Below, in pieces: positions 1 through 11,329 of a stretch of 37,922 nucleotides of DNA. Source of the DNA: Octopus sinensis (lineage: Eukaryota); assembly GCF_006345805.1 (NCBI RefSeq), contig NW_021829919.1:1-37922 (forward strand), given 5' to 3'. The notes beneath the pieces were generated by a model. That model was given only the letters and a program-made list of their open reading frames with translations. It did no database searches and was not told the DNA's origin. Within the stretch, counting starts at the first letter, position 1. Each line of letters begins with the position of its first letter. A program made the translations under genes and the position numbers.

Positions 1-190
1 CCACGCGGCTCAGGCAGAAAGTAATGGCGAACTTCTGCTGACTCTTTCACCACAACTTTCTCTCACTCTTTCCTCCTGCATTTTGCAGCTCACCTGCGAC
101 AGACTGGCATCCCGTCCAGGTGGGGAACCTATACACCAAGGAAACTGGGAAACTGGCCCTATGAGCCAGGCGTGGCTCAAGAAGGCACAA
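1..190 (+). mobile_element. 3' part of tRNA-derived SINE, family C variant (5' end outside window)
   Basis: Shares ccacg(a/c)ggctc, gactggc(a/g)tcc(c/t)gtccag and gggaaac(t/c)gg(g)ccc blocks with the copies at 931-1143 and 19752-20016. Confidence 0.75.
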
Positions 191-404
191 ATAACAACAT
201 TATTTACCAAGGCCTAATTCCCCAAAGGAGAGAGCTGCTACAGCAAGACACACCCCAGGGATTCCATTCATTTCTCAGCTCAAAGAGGCAAGCCCCATCC
301 TTTGCTTGTGTCAAGGCAGAGAATGCAAACAGCCGGGAGGTTGCTTATCTCTTATACCACAACAAATATAAACACCATTAATACTACTCCCAACACCACA
401 ATAT

Positions 405-630
405 GTGGAGATGGATGACTCAGTGGTTATAGTGTTGGACTACTGATCCTAAGATCGTGGTTTCGACTCCTTGACTGGGCAATGGATTGTGTTCTTGAAC
501 AAATCACTTCATTTCATGTTGCTTCAATTAGGTCAGTGGACTAAAAATGAGTAACCCTGTGACAGACCAGCATCCTGTCCAAGTAGGAAACATACACATG
601 TCTACCTGACTCGAGGAAGGAACTTTACTT
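405..630 (+). mobile_element. tRNA-derived SINE, family C
   Basis: A-box-like tgactcagtggtta and B-box-like ggtttcgactcc; body matches 638-1143. Confidence 0.75.
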
Positions 631-637
631 CACTTGT

Positions 638-1143
638 GGAGGTGCATGGCTGGGTGGTTAGAGTATTGAACTCAAGGTTGTAAGATTCTTATTTCTTTAT
701 TGCCCACAAGGGACTAAACATAGAGGGGACAAACAAGGACAGACAAAGGGATTACGTCGATTACCTCAACCCCAGTGCATAACTAGTACTTAATTTATCA
801 ACCCCCGAAAAGATGAAAGGCAAAGTCGACCTCGGCGGAATTTTGAACTCAGAACGTAAAGGCAGATGAAATATCACTAAGCATTTTGCTCGGCGTGCTA
901 ACGTTTCTGCCAGCTCACCACCTTAAGATTGTAAGATTGTGGTTTCGATTCCTGGACTGGGTGATACATTGGGTTCTTGGGCCAAACACTTCATTTCACG
1001 TTGGCTTCAGTTCCCTCAGCTGGCAAAACTGAGTAATTCTGTCATGGATCAGCATCCTGTCCAGGTGGGAAATTTATACGCCAAGGAAACTGGGAAAATG
1101 GCCCTTATGAGTCAGCATGATTCGAGAAGGTAACTTTACTCTA
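638..1143 (+). mobile_element. tRNA-derived SINE, family C, interrupted by a family B SINE at 688-923
   Basis: Head ggaggtgcatggctgggtggttag at 638 resumes at 931 with gtaagattgtggtttcgattcc; taagatt duplicated at 681-687 and 924-930. Confidence 0.8.
688..923 (-). mobile_element. SINE, family B (near full length)
   Basis: Reverse complement of ggcggcgagctggcagaaacgttagc...gaggtcgactttgcctttcatcc...taaagaaataag, also seen at 25109 and 36305; 7-bp TSD taagatt. Confidence 0.9.
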
Positions 1144-1201
1144 CAACACCACAATAAATGACACCACTATTACTTTACTATATCCAATATTCTTTCTAAT
1201 T

Positions 1202-1415
1202 AGGGTGGTGAACTGGCAGAATCATTAGCACCCTGGGTGAAATGCTTAGCGGCATTTCATCCATCATTATGTTCTGGGTTCAAATGCCACTGGGGTCAAC
1301 TTTGCCTGCCATGCTTTCAGAGTCATTAAAATAAGTACCAGTTGAACACTGGGGTTGATGTAATTGACTTAGCCCCTACCCTCGAAATTGCTGGCCTTGT
1401 GCCAAAATTTGAAAC
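1202..1415 (+). mobile_element. SINE, family B (diverged subfamily)
   Basis: ctggcagaatcattagc...ataagtaccagttg...gtaattgacttagccc core. Confidence 0.8.
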
Positions 1416-1434
1416 CAATATTCTTTTTAATTAA

Positions 1435-1603
1435 AGTGGGATGATTGCAGAATCATTAGCATGCCGGGCAAAATGCCGAGCAGCATTTAATCTGTCTTTA
1501 TGTTCTGAGTTCAAACTTCACTGGGACTGAATTTGACTTTCATCTGTTTGGGGTCGATAAAATAAGTACCAGTTGAGTACTGGGTCAATGTAATTGACTT
1601 AGC
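1435..1603 (+). mobile_element. SINE, family B (diverged, 3' truncated)
   Basis: Same core: ttctgagttcaaa...ggggtcgataaaataagtaccagttg. Confidence 0.8.
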
Positions 1604-1674
1604 CTCATTTGTTCTTATATTAGAACAACAAATAGTAAATTTACTGATATGTGGTAAGGCTTGACCAAGTTAGA

Positions 1675-2403
1675 ATTAACAAAAGGTTCACAAAGCAGCA
1701 TTGAATAAAATATATTTGTTAAAGTCATTTAACATGCTGGAGTAAACTCTGACATGGAAAGACTTGCCACTGTGGAAGTAGTCTCCAGATAATATTCTCA
1801 TCCTAAATAATATGTGTGAAAACATAGGACCATAGGACAAAATTGCTGCTGCATTCTTTCCTGATACCAGGTACAAACACTAAATCTGTCATTTGTAACC
1901 CAAAAAGAATGATTCATTTTGGTTTAATGACCCACGGAAGTTGTTACTGTATCAAGGAAAGCATGGATTTCTGCATTCCACCACAAGAGGCCTGCTTATG
2001 TCTGATTGTACTCCAACATATTAAATATGATTATATATATATATATTCACTTCAACATTGCTTCATATGACTATAGCTAATTACTTCTAGCTTAACTAAA
2101 CTTTACACTCATCAAGAAATGTATTGTTTGCTATTCCAATTACAGAACAAATTTTCTTTCTGTGTAGTGAAGGGCAGATTTAGTGTTTGTTGTTCGTGGT
2201 GTGAAAGACTGTGTTCTGTGACGTTTTGGCGACATTCAGACACCAATGTGGAATCACACATATTGTTTATCTGAAAAATTTTTCTCCACAAGAATATTTC
2301 CACAGTAAAAGGTCTTTCTCTGTCCAAGTACACACAAATATGTTAAATATGATTTTACATGAATATATTTTATTCAACACTGCTTTGGGTGCCTTTAGTT
2401 AAT
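1675..2403. mobile_element. Old MITE-like element with ~150-bp diverged terminal inverted repeats
   Basis: 1675-1820 (attaacaaaaggttcacaaagcagcattgaataaaatatatt...) is the reverse complement, with mismatches, of 2255-2403 (...aatatattttattcaacactgctttgggtgcctttagttaat). Confidence 0.6.
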
Positions 2404-2404
2404 A

Positions 2405-2408
2405 CATG

Positions 2409-2448
<40 letters not shown>

Positions 2449-2579
2449 TACATACATATACATACACATGCACAAACATATACATCAATAGATATGTGTG
2501 CGTTTATATATATATATATATAATATACAGACACATGCTCAAACAGTACATCTATAGATATGTGTGTATGTATGTATGT

Positions 2580-2611
<32 letters not shown>

Positions 2612-3273
2612 TATATAATATACATATTATATATTATATACATATTATATATATATACATATATATATATATATTATATATATATATATATATATGCATA
2701 CATAGTTATGGTTATATCACATTGAAAAAAAAAGACATACCAGTCTTCAACCGAATATTGTATATACCACTAACCACCACAGCGACACCAACTGGCATCA
2801 TATATTACCACCAGAACCCCACCTACCAATGCTTTCCTTACCAACAACATTACCAAACTCACCACCGCCGCCACCGCCATCGCCACCACCGTCCCCACCC
2901 CACACCACCACAATCACCAAAAACACCTTCTTTGGAACCAACAGAAGACATCTGTAACTAGTTCATCAGTTAATTAACAATCTATTGTCTATACGCGAAC
3001 ATCAACAGCAACAACAACAACACACACACACACGCGTGTATGTACATGAAGTCATGCATGCAGAGAAACACATACATGCATACACACACACACACGCACA
3101 CACACACACATATATATTATATGTGCATGCATACATTCACACATACAGATACATATACAAATGCACACATATATGTGAATGGGTACATGAATACACACAC
3201 AAAAATTGAATATATATGCACATGTATGTATATTCATATACATATAAATATATATGTGTGTATATTGTATCTG

Positions 3274-3304
<31 letters not shown>

Positions 3305-3413
3305 TTACATATATATACATACACATATATACATATGTATATATATATATATATACACATATATATATATATACACACACACACATTTATATACATACAC
3401 ATATATACATATG

Positions 3414-3449
<36 letters not shown>

Positions 3450-4186
3450 CACACATTTACATATATATATATATACACACACACATTATATATATATATA
3501 GATATACACTACATATATATATATATACATATGTATATATATATATATATATACATTTACATACATGCATATATACACATAAATGTGTATGTATATTTGC
3601 GTACATGTACATACACATATATATATATGTACATACTTGTACATTTATAAATACACGCATAGATAGACACATATCTGTACATGTGTGTGTATATATATGT
3701 GTGTGTGTATATGTGTGTGGGTGTATATATTTATATTCATATGAACTCGCACATATACACACATGCACACACACACACCACACACACACACACTCACACA
3801 TGCACATGTACGTACGTATGTACGCATACAAAAAAAATTCAAACACATACAAGCAGCTAATAACATCATCAGGGAGAATTGGAAGAAAAGACACTCACAC
3901 ATACATGCGGTGTATACACACATTCATATAGGCATATAAATGTACAGACATAAATATATACATACGTACATACATATATAGAAGAAGATAGGGAGAAACA
4001 GAAGCACATATGCAAATATGAGAAACCGTATTAACACAGCTATGCACATACACATAAAGATTAGAGAACCTCTACAGATATACATGCTTATATGTATATA
4101 CATACATATATACATATCTCTCTGTGTCGGTCTGTCTGTCTGTCTCTCTCTCTACATGTATATATATATATGTATGTATTATATAT

Positions 4187-4235
<49 letters not shown>

Positions 4236-4410
4236 TACAAAGTTTTATATATATATATATAGTTAAAGATATAGATATTTATATGTGTCTATATATATAT
4301 ATATATGTTTATGCATATACATATCTATCTGTATGTATATATATATATATATATGTATATATATACACACACATATATAATGTGTTTGTGTGTACATATA
4401 TATATTATAT
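2405..4410. repeat. Compound (TA)n/(CA)n/(TACA)n microsatellite field with a short (CAC)n-rich island
   Basis: Directly visible dinucleotide repeats. Confidence 0.95.
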
Positions 4411-4991
4411 CAGCAGCTTACAACCAGTAGAGTGGTGTATACCAGAATAAGACAGCAACATATTGTGCACCCATACAAAATGTATATATATGAACACATA
4501 TACTAATTGCTTGTAGGGACACCGTATTTTTTTTATGCAATCATAATATACTACAAAGTATATTAAAGATTTTATAAGGAAATACTCTGTCCTACCTGTG
4601 TTAGTAGTGCAATTCAATCACATTTAAATGTTATCTCTACAGAATTCCTATAGAAATTAGAGCTAGCACAGAAAGCTATCGCATTTTGTATATGACTATG
4701 TCTATGTAAACAATGCAATCGAAGTGATAAAATTAGGTAATGGATGTATATGCACATTTCAGGAGTTCTTGCTCTTTCTTCAGTACAATATCCAATCTAT
4801 TAACCCTCTATGAACACATTGTTTAAATAGCCACTAAATATAGTGGTTTAACACAATTGAATATACCAATTTTACATCCTAAACCCATTCCTGGTAACTT
4901 GTATGTACATACTCTTCTCTACTCTAGGTACAAGTTCTTCATTTACATTATTTACAATTGACGGATATTTGTCCTCATCTTGTTTGTTGTT

Positions 4992-5037
4992 AACACAACG
5001 CTTCGGCTGATATACCCTCCAGCCCTCATCAGGTGTC
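4992..5037 (-). ncRNA. Minimal type-I hammerhead ribozyme motif (GAAA mutated to GAAG)
   Basis: Minus strand reads gacac CUGAUGA gggcug-gaggguauau-cagcc GAAG cg UU guguu: stem I, core, stem II, palindromic short stem III. Confidence 0.75.
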
Positions 5038-5175
5038 TTGGGGAAATTTCAAACCTGTGTCCTCATTTCTAAGATATTTTTCGATATTGCTATTATTATC
5101 ATTATTATTATTATTATTCAGGTCACTGCATGAAATCGAACTCGGAATAACCTGAATAATAATATTAATGACAAC

Positions 5176-5219
<44 letters not shown>

Positions 5220-5280
5220 CAATAATAATAGCATTGAAAAATACCTTGAGAATGAGAACCCAGGTTTGAAATTTCCCCAA

Positions 5281-5326
5281 GACACTTGATGAAGGCTGGA
5301 GGGTATATTAGCCGAAATATTGTGTT
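5281..5326 (+). ncRNA. Minimal type-I hammerhead ribozyme motif (decayed copy)
   Basis: gacac UUGAUGA a ggcug...uagcc GAAA ua UU guguu; the consensus of the two arms gives an intact CUGAUGA...GAAACGUU. Confidence 0.7.
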
Positions 5327-5374
5327 AACAACAAACAAGATGAGGACAAATATCCATCAAATGTAAATAATGTG

Positions 5375-5776
5375 TTTATTGAGAGCGAAACAAAGTTTCT
5401 TCTAAGCAAACAACTCTAGACTTGTTTTTTAAAAAGAAATCCACAAGTCCGTCTATGAGTGCTTGTGAATCAGTGTTTGTATCTACAAGTGATGTGAGTG
5501 TGAGTCTAGTCCACGTGAAAGTGATTCAGAAAATGATTATAATAATAATTTTTTTTTTATTATGAATGATCTTGAAATTCTTTTTACTTTACATAAAATA
5601 TTCTTTACATTTTACTGTTGTTTTATTGCCATTTATTTACGAGTATTATAAATTTTATAGATAAAATATTTTTCTGGGAATGAATTACGATTTATAACAT
5701 TGTTATTATGGGAAATTATTGCTCTGCTTTACAAGTGGTCTCCAGGAATGAATATACTCATACATTGGGGCATTAT

Positions 5777-5780
<4 letters not shown>
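5375..5780 (+). mobile_element. 3' remnant of a pogo/Tigger-like DNA transposon
   Basis: 5404-5433 translates KQTTLDLFFK, resembling the QxxLxxFF C-terminal motif of pogo transposases; repeated ggaatgaat blocks and an end at ...attgta resemble Tigger right ends. Confidence 0.45.
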
Positions 5781-5845
<65 letters not shown>

Positions 5846-5902
5846 ATAGTATGATAGTTTGCCAGTAGAGCACATTCACTGGGTTAGTGTTTGTTGAGTA
5901 TG

Positions 5903-6018
5903 TAATTAATGAGATAGAAGATGACGGGAATCTTAATTGATCACTACAATCGTTTCAACCCATCTAGTGATCAATAGAGATTCTCATATCTTTCATCTTC
6001 CATCTCTCTCATTAATTA
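5903..6018. repeat. Fold-back inverted repeat with a partial hammerhead 3' half in the loop
   Basis: taattaatgaga...gaatc...ttgatcacta pairs with tagtgatcaa...gattc...tctcattaatta; the loop on the minus strand reads GAAAC GAUU GUA. Confidence 0.55.
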
Positions 6019-6410
6019 TATATGTGTATATATATGTGTGTTTGTGTGTGTGTATCTAAAAATATATATATGTGCATATATATATTTATATATATATGAT
6101 GTTAAACGATGATGATGATGATGATATATATATATATATATATATAAATGGAACAAAAACGCAATAGAAGTCAATAAAACATTCGGACAGATAAATGATA
6201 CAAAGGTGGACAGGAGAATCAACAATTAGGACAGGCAAAAAGAGACGTGTCATTCGTGGCCTTATTTCCTCAGTCAAGTACCAGAAGTCATAACCATTTG
6301 ATATATATATATATATAAATATGTAACGTGAAGAAACAAAAGACCTGGTAATTCAATACGCAAACATGACTCCGATTAGAGATGGATTCAAAGGACAAAT
6401 GTACATGATA

Positions 6411-6816
6411 GGCGTAGGAGTGGCTGTGTGGTAAGTAGCTTGCTTAGCAACCACATGGTTCCGGGTTCATTCCCACTGCGTGGCACCTTGGGTAAGTGTC
6501 TTCTACTATAGCCTCGGGCCGACCAAAGCCTTGTGAGTGGATTTGGTAGACGGAAACTGAAAGAAGCCCGTCGTATATATGTATATATATGTGTGTGTGT
6601 GTGTTTGTGTGTCTGTGTTTGTTCCCCCAACATCGCTTGACAACCGATGCTGTTGTGTTTACGTCCCCGTAACTTAGCGGTTCGACAAAAGAGACCCATA
6701 GAATAAGTACTAGGCTTACAAAGAATAAGTCCTGAGGTCGATTTGCTCGACTAAAAGATGGTGATCCAGCATGGCCACAGTCAAATGACTGAAACAAGTA
6801 AAAGAGTAAAGAGAGT
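6411..6816 (+). mobile_element. tRNA-derived SINE, family A (full length, internal TA/TG microsatellite)
   Basis: A-box tggctgtgtggtaag, B-box-like gggttcattccc, tail aagtaaaagagtaaagag; TSD atgata at 6405-6410 and 6817-6822. Confidence 0.92.
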
Positions 6817-7054
6817 ATGATAGAATAAAAATATATAACCACACAGAGATTTTCTTTAAAAATCTACAAATAAATAAATATATTAAAAATATATACGTGC
6901 AAATTAGTAGATTTTTAAAAATCTCCGGATTGAGGCATAAAAACGTATAGGTACAAATATTGAAGAAAGTCTGAAGTGAAGGTGGAAGCGAACTAAAAGA
7001 TACAATGAGGAGCAAAGTTAAAATTTGGACTAGTTAAAATTAGTTAAAGTAGGG

Positions 7055-7140
7055 TACCAACGGCCGTTTCTGGGGGTTCATTGTGAGAAAATAAAGGGAT
7101 ATAGTGTACATTATTTGGCAATTCCTCCTTCTTCAGGGTA
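7055..7140 (-). ncRNA. Type-I hammerhead ribozyme in the Penelope pLTR
   Basis: uacc CUGAAGA a ggagg...ccccc a GAAA c ggcc g UU ggua; palindromic stem III ACGGCCGU. Confidence 0.8.
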
Positions 7141-7342
7141 ACTGGCTTTCCATGATAAAAGGCGAATAGTAGAGATTAAGTTATTTTTTCATAGATAAGA
7201 TGTATAGGTGGGGAAAGTAAAGAGTTAAATATATTCTAATAAAAATATTAATAAAAAGGAATGAACATTTCTATCCTAGTTCTCCGGTATCCTAGTTCAA
7301 TTCTGATCAAAGTCATTATAGTGCAAGAATGTGGTGTAAGTT

Positions 7343-7620
7343 TTATGTTTGCATGAAAAATACCACATTTAGTAGTGATGGGTTGTGCATTTGAAGAATG
7401 GTGAGTGCTTCCCTTATACATAATTTACACCTACCTAAGTTAGTGTTATATGAGGAGGATTCAGATTCAATGGACCATTTTAATGTATAGATTTTGTTCT
7501 CTACTTTGAGCTTGTGTATATAGTTAGCATGTATGGTAGCAGTTTTATATTTAAGTTCGTTAAAAGAGTTGATGTGATTTTGATATCTCCACTTGAAATA
7601 AGTGGTGCTACTGATATATA
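7343..7620 (-). pseudogene. Penelope-like GIY-YIG endonuclease fragment
   Basis: Motifs FKxRYxNHxxSF, Y(I)xxLK, KWSI, CxLCxxE and LLN recognisable in the translation. Confidence 0.8.
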
Positions 7621-7843
7621 TTTTATATATGTATTTATATATTTTCATGCTATCATATAAATTTGTCCTTTAAATCCATCTCTAATCAGAGTTGCATTTG
7701 TGGATTGAATTACCAGATCTTTTGTTTCTTCACATTTCATATTTATATCTTTTGTCTCAAGTTACTCTTCAGCATTTCTAAGTCCAAACCTCTACATTGT
7801 GAGAGAATTTCTAATCAATCTTCTTCCTCAAAACAATTATATG

Positions 7844-7886
<43 letters not shown>

Positions 7887-7913
7887 TATACATACACATA
7901 CACACACACAAAT

Positions 7914-7958
<45 letters not shown>

Positions 7959-7959
7959 A

Positions 7960-8095
7960 AAGTCTTCTACACAATTTCCATGTACAAAATCCATTCACAA
8001 GGCATTTGTTGTCCAATGGCTATAGTAGTGAGATTGAACCCGAAAATACTTAACAGCAAAGCAAGTTTCTTAACCACACAACCATGCCTGTGCCA
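7960..8095 (-). mobile_element. SINE, family A (old, 5' part)
   Basis: aaatccattcacaaggc...ttaaccacacaaccatgcctgtgcc matches the reverse complement of the family A head. Confidence 0.7.
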
Positions 8096-8519
8096 AAGTT
8101 ATTCCAAAAATTTTGTGATTTTTAAACTCGGAATAACTATGCCTTGCAACTTTAGCTGGCATTCAATTCTTGCTAAAGAATCCGAATGGAATAAAAACGA
8201 GTTCTAGTGTGAGATATTTGCATACAATTTTTGTCACAATTAAAATATTTTTTTTTCATATATTATGGGAAAATGTGCAATTCTAGCATTTCTCTGCACT
8301 TTTGATTCAACAATTGTGTGCAGGTGATGGTGGTGGGTGGGGGAGTAGTTCAGAGAGCTTGTGGTCGAGCAGGACACATATGTTGGTTCTCCGAGTTCTT
8401 CTGACTAACATCTGTAAGTTGCACATGTTGCCATATGATCAACATGTAATTAAAATACAAAGATCCATCACATGATGGTGGCTCCCGTTCCTTAGTTCCC
8501 AGCTGAATGTACTAATTAC

Positions 8520-8687
8520 ACACACACACACACAAGTGCGCATATATGAATATATATACATGTACATATACATGTATGCATGTGTGTGTGTGTATACATA
8601 TACATATAACATACATACATACATACATACGAATTTCTTCACACCAACACACATGCATATATATTCAAATATGTGTGTGAATATGTA

Positions 8688-8726
<39 letters not shown>

Positions 8727-9267
8727 CTGTGTGCATGTATATTATATATATATAAATATATATATATGTATATGTGTGTGTGTATATATCTATATGTATG
8801 TGTATATATATATACATATATATGTGTGTATATATATACTACACACACACACACACACATATACATATAGACATACACAAGCATATAAATGTGCATGTAC
8901 CAAAAATGCTTCGCAAACATTAACATAGTGAAAAACTCAATCGCATTCCTACATAACCACAACATGCACACACACTTACACACGCAAATGCGTACACACA
9001 GATGCACATGCTCACACACACACAACACACACACACACACACACACGTACATGCACAAAAAGTTACAGACACATTACTCATTTGAACTTCCATTTATTTA
9101 ATCATTAGCTGCGAAAAATTTCAAAGTAATTCTAAGAAATGTGAGATGTGCGTGCGATCGTGTGTGTGAGTGTGTGTGCTACTGTATGTGAGTGAATGTA
9201 TCATTATATGTGTCCGTATATTAGTGAGTGTATCATTGTTGAACACATGTTAGTATGTGTATATACA

Positions 9268-9352
<85 letters not shown>

Positions 9353-9460
9353 GTATATATTATATATAATATTATATATATATGTATATATATATGTATA
9401 TGTATATATATATATGTATATATATATAGATATCGGTATATATATATATATATATATCTA

Positions 9461-9495
<35 letters not shown>

Positions 9496-9610
9496 ATATA
9501 TATATATATATATAGATATATATATATTATGTATATATATATGTATATTATATATATCTATATATATATATATATATATCTATATATATAGTATATATAT
9601 GTATATGTAT

Positions 9611-9693
<83 letters not shown>

Positions 9694-9900
9694 GTATATG
9701 TATATATATGTATGCATGTATGAATGGCCTGTTTCAGCTTTTAGATGCATATGCATGTATGCGTATGTGTTTAGAATGTATGTGCATGCGTGCATATATG
9801 TGTGTGCATGTGTATACGTGTGTGTTCCTGTACATGTTTGCATGTAGACGCATTTTGTATGTGGGTGTGTGTGTGTGTGTGTGTGCTTGTAAGTATGACA
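8520..9900. repeat. (TA)n/(CA)n/(TG)n microsatellite field including a ~450-bp degenerate (TA)n tract
   Basis: Visible in sequence. Confidence 0.95.
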
Positions 9901-10320
9901 GCATGACGATGACGATGAGCGTGACGGCAGTGATGATGATGATGATGATGATGAAAAGGAGGAACAGATAAAAGAGGAGAGGGAGGGATGTGATTGTGAT
10001 GTTGGTGAGATGCGAATGATGATGGTAGTGGTGTTGGTGGCAGGGTGGTATTATGATGATGAATGATGATGATGACGATAATGATGGCGATGAAAAGACA
10101 GAAAGGGGATAAGAGGGGAGATGTGATTGTGATGATGGTGAGATCATGATAACAATGATGATCATGTTGATGATGATCATGACGATGATGATGTTGATGA
10201 TGATCATGACGATGATGATGATGGTGGTGGTGTTGGTATTATGATGATAATGACGATGATGATAATGATAATGGTAGTGATGATGATGATGATGATGGTG
10301 ATGATGGTGATGATATTGTT
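9901..10320. repeat. (GAT)n/(GGT)n trinucleotide low-complexity tract
   Basis: Visible in sequence. Confidence 0.9.
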
Positions 10321-10439
10321 ACTGTTACTCTCGTGCACTTAAGCTGCTAAAATTTGATTTTGTTTCATTCAGTCAGTATTAGTTTCATGTGATTCAGAAC
10401 TAACACTTTCCACTTAGAGTTCACACATGAAATACGTCC

Positions 10440-10720
10440 ATGGATGAATTTGACCTGCTATTTCTAGCAGGTCAAACAATCACCTAAGGCTTTCCAAATG
10501 TATAAACGTATATACATGTAATAGTCGGGTTGCTACAGTTGTTGCAGTTTGCTGTTAATCCTGGTGTTAACTCTTGATTGAGCATACCCTGATCAAAGGC
10601 CTTCTGGATGTGACCATCCTGTCATTTACTTACGTGCAGAGGGGAACCAAGGACAACATTGTTCAATGTCCTCTTTTTTAAGACAAGATTTGGCTGCTAT
10701 TTCTAGCAGGCTAGGTATCC
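10440..10720. mobile_element. Old interspersed repeat (family E), with related copies at ~16840-16990 and ~17110-17280
   Basis: Shared blocks gatttggctgctatttctagcagg / cctgctagaaatagcaaccaaatc, acattgt(t/c)caatgt and tgatcaaaggc. Confidence 0.55.
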
Positions 10721-10916
10721 TAAATGAGTGTGTGTATATGTGTATATATATATATGTATACATATATATATATTTGCTGAATTAACTGGTGCTCATCAAT
10801 AAGATAAGTCATGCTCCCACATTTCTTTAATATTGTTAAATCTTATAAATTATTTATAAATGTATAGAGTAATTATAATGTCTCCTTTTCTGTTGTAAAT
10901 TATTTTATATCATTGA

Positions 10917-11023
10917 GACCTGAAGAGTGGCTATGTATCGTTGGATCAAAGAAATATTAATTTTTGAGAGTATCGATTTTGATATGGTAGATTTGTATAC
11001 ATAGTCATGAAACGCGCGTCGTC
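10917..11023 (+). ncRNA. Type-I hammerhead ribozyme with long stem II
   Basis: gac CUGAAGA guggcuauguau...auacauagucau GAAA c gcgc g UC guc; 12-bp stem II (two G-U pairs), GUC cleavage triplet ending at 11020. Confidence 0.85.
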
Positions 11024-11329
11024 ATTTTAATGCGTATTTTTTAATGTGTATTATCTAGCATAGAAATTGTTAACACAATAATAATAATAATGTTGTTTTA
11101 ATGTGTATTTTTTTTAATGTATATTATTTAGTATAGAAATTTTTAGTACAATGTTAATAATAATATATTTAAATCTATATTTTAGAATAGATAATATCTT
11201 TCATTATGAATTACTTTATGGAGGTTCTATCCCTTAATATTATTTTCCGGTTGTAGGGAGAGGAGATTCGGAAAATTCTTACAGGCCTGGTTTGTTTCCT
11301 CACAACTCTCAAAAAAATAGGTATTCTTT

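Larger units (their letters stand above)
4943..5372. mobile_element. Fold-back (head-to-head) non-autonomous Penelope-type pLTR element carrying two hammerhead motifs
   Basis: 4943-5123 is the reverse complement of 5150-5372, including the (TTA)n/(AAT)n tracts; each arm holds an HHR core. Confidence 0.75.
7055..8215 (-). mobile_element. Decayed Penelope-like retroelement 3' portion (linker, GIY-YIG endonuclease, pLTR), interrupted by a microsatellite and a SINE
   Basis: ORF 7343-7648 has FKWRYQNHINSF, ANYIHKLK, LKWSI and RCKLCIREALTIL...LLN, matching the PLE GIY-YIG pattern; 8100-8200 gives FIPF...KNHKIF-like linker; HHR downstream at 7055-7140. Confidence 0.8.

Noticed and set aside
6245-6285. 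CUGAGGA...GAAU on the minus strand as a hammerhead
   Set aside because: No convincing stem II or stem I pairing; at most a decayed remnant
6411-6490. tRNA-like heads in SINE families A and C
   Set aside because: A/B boxes are present but there is no complete cloverleaf; they are SINE heads rather than tRNA genes
6388-6842. Recurring ORF peptides such as SVSVYQIHSQG and CHAVGLNPEPCG
   Set aside because: Chance reading frames of the multicopy family A SINE, not a gene family
9734-10207. 157-aa Ile/Ser/His-rich ORF
   Set aside because: Translation of a (GAT)n trinucleotide tract
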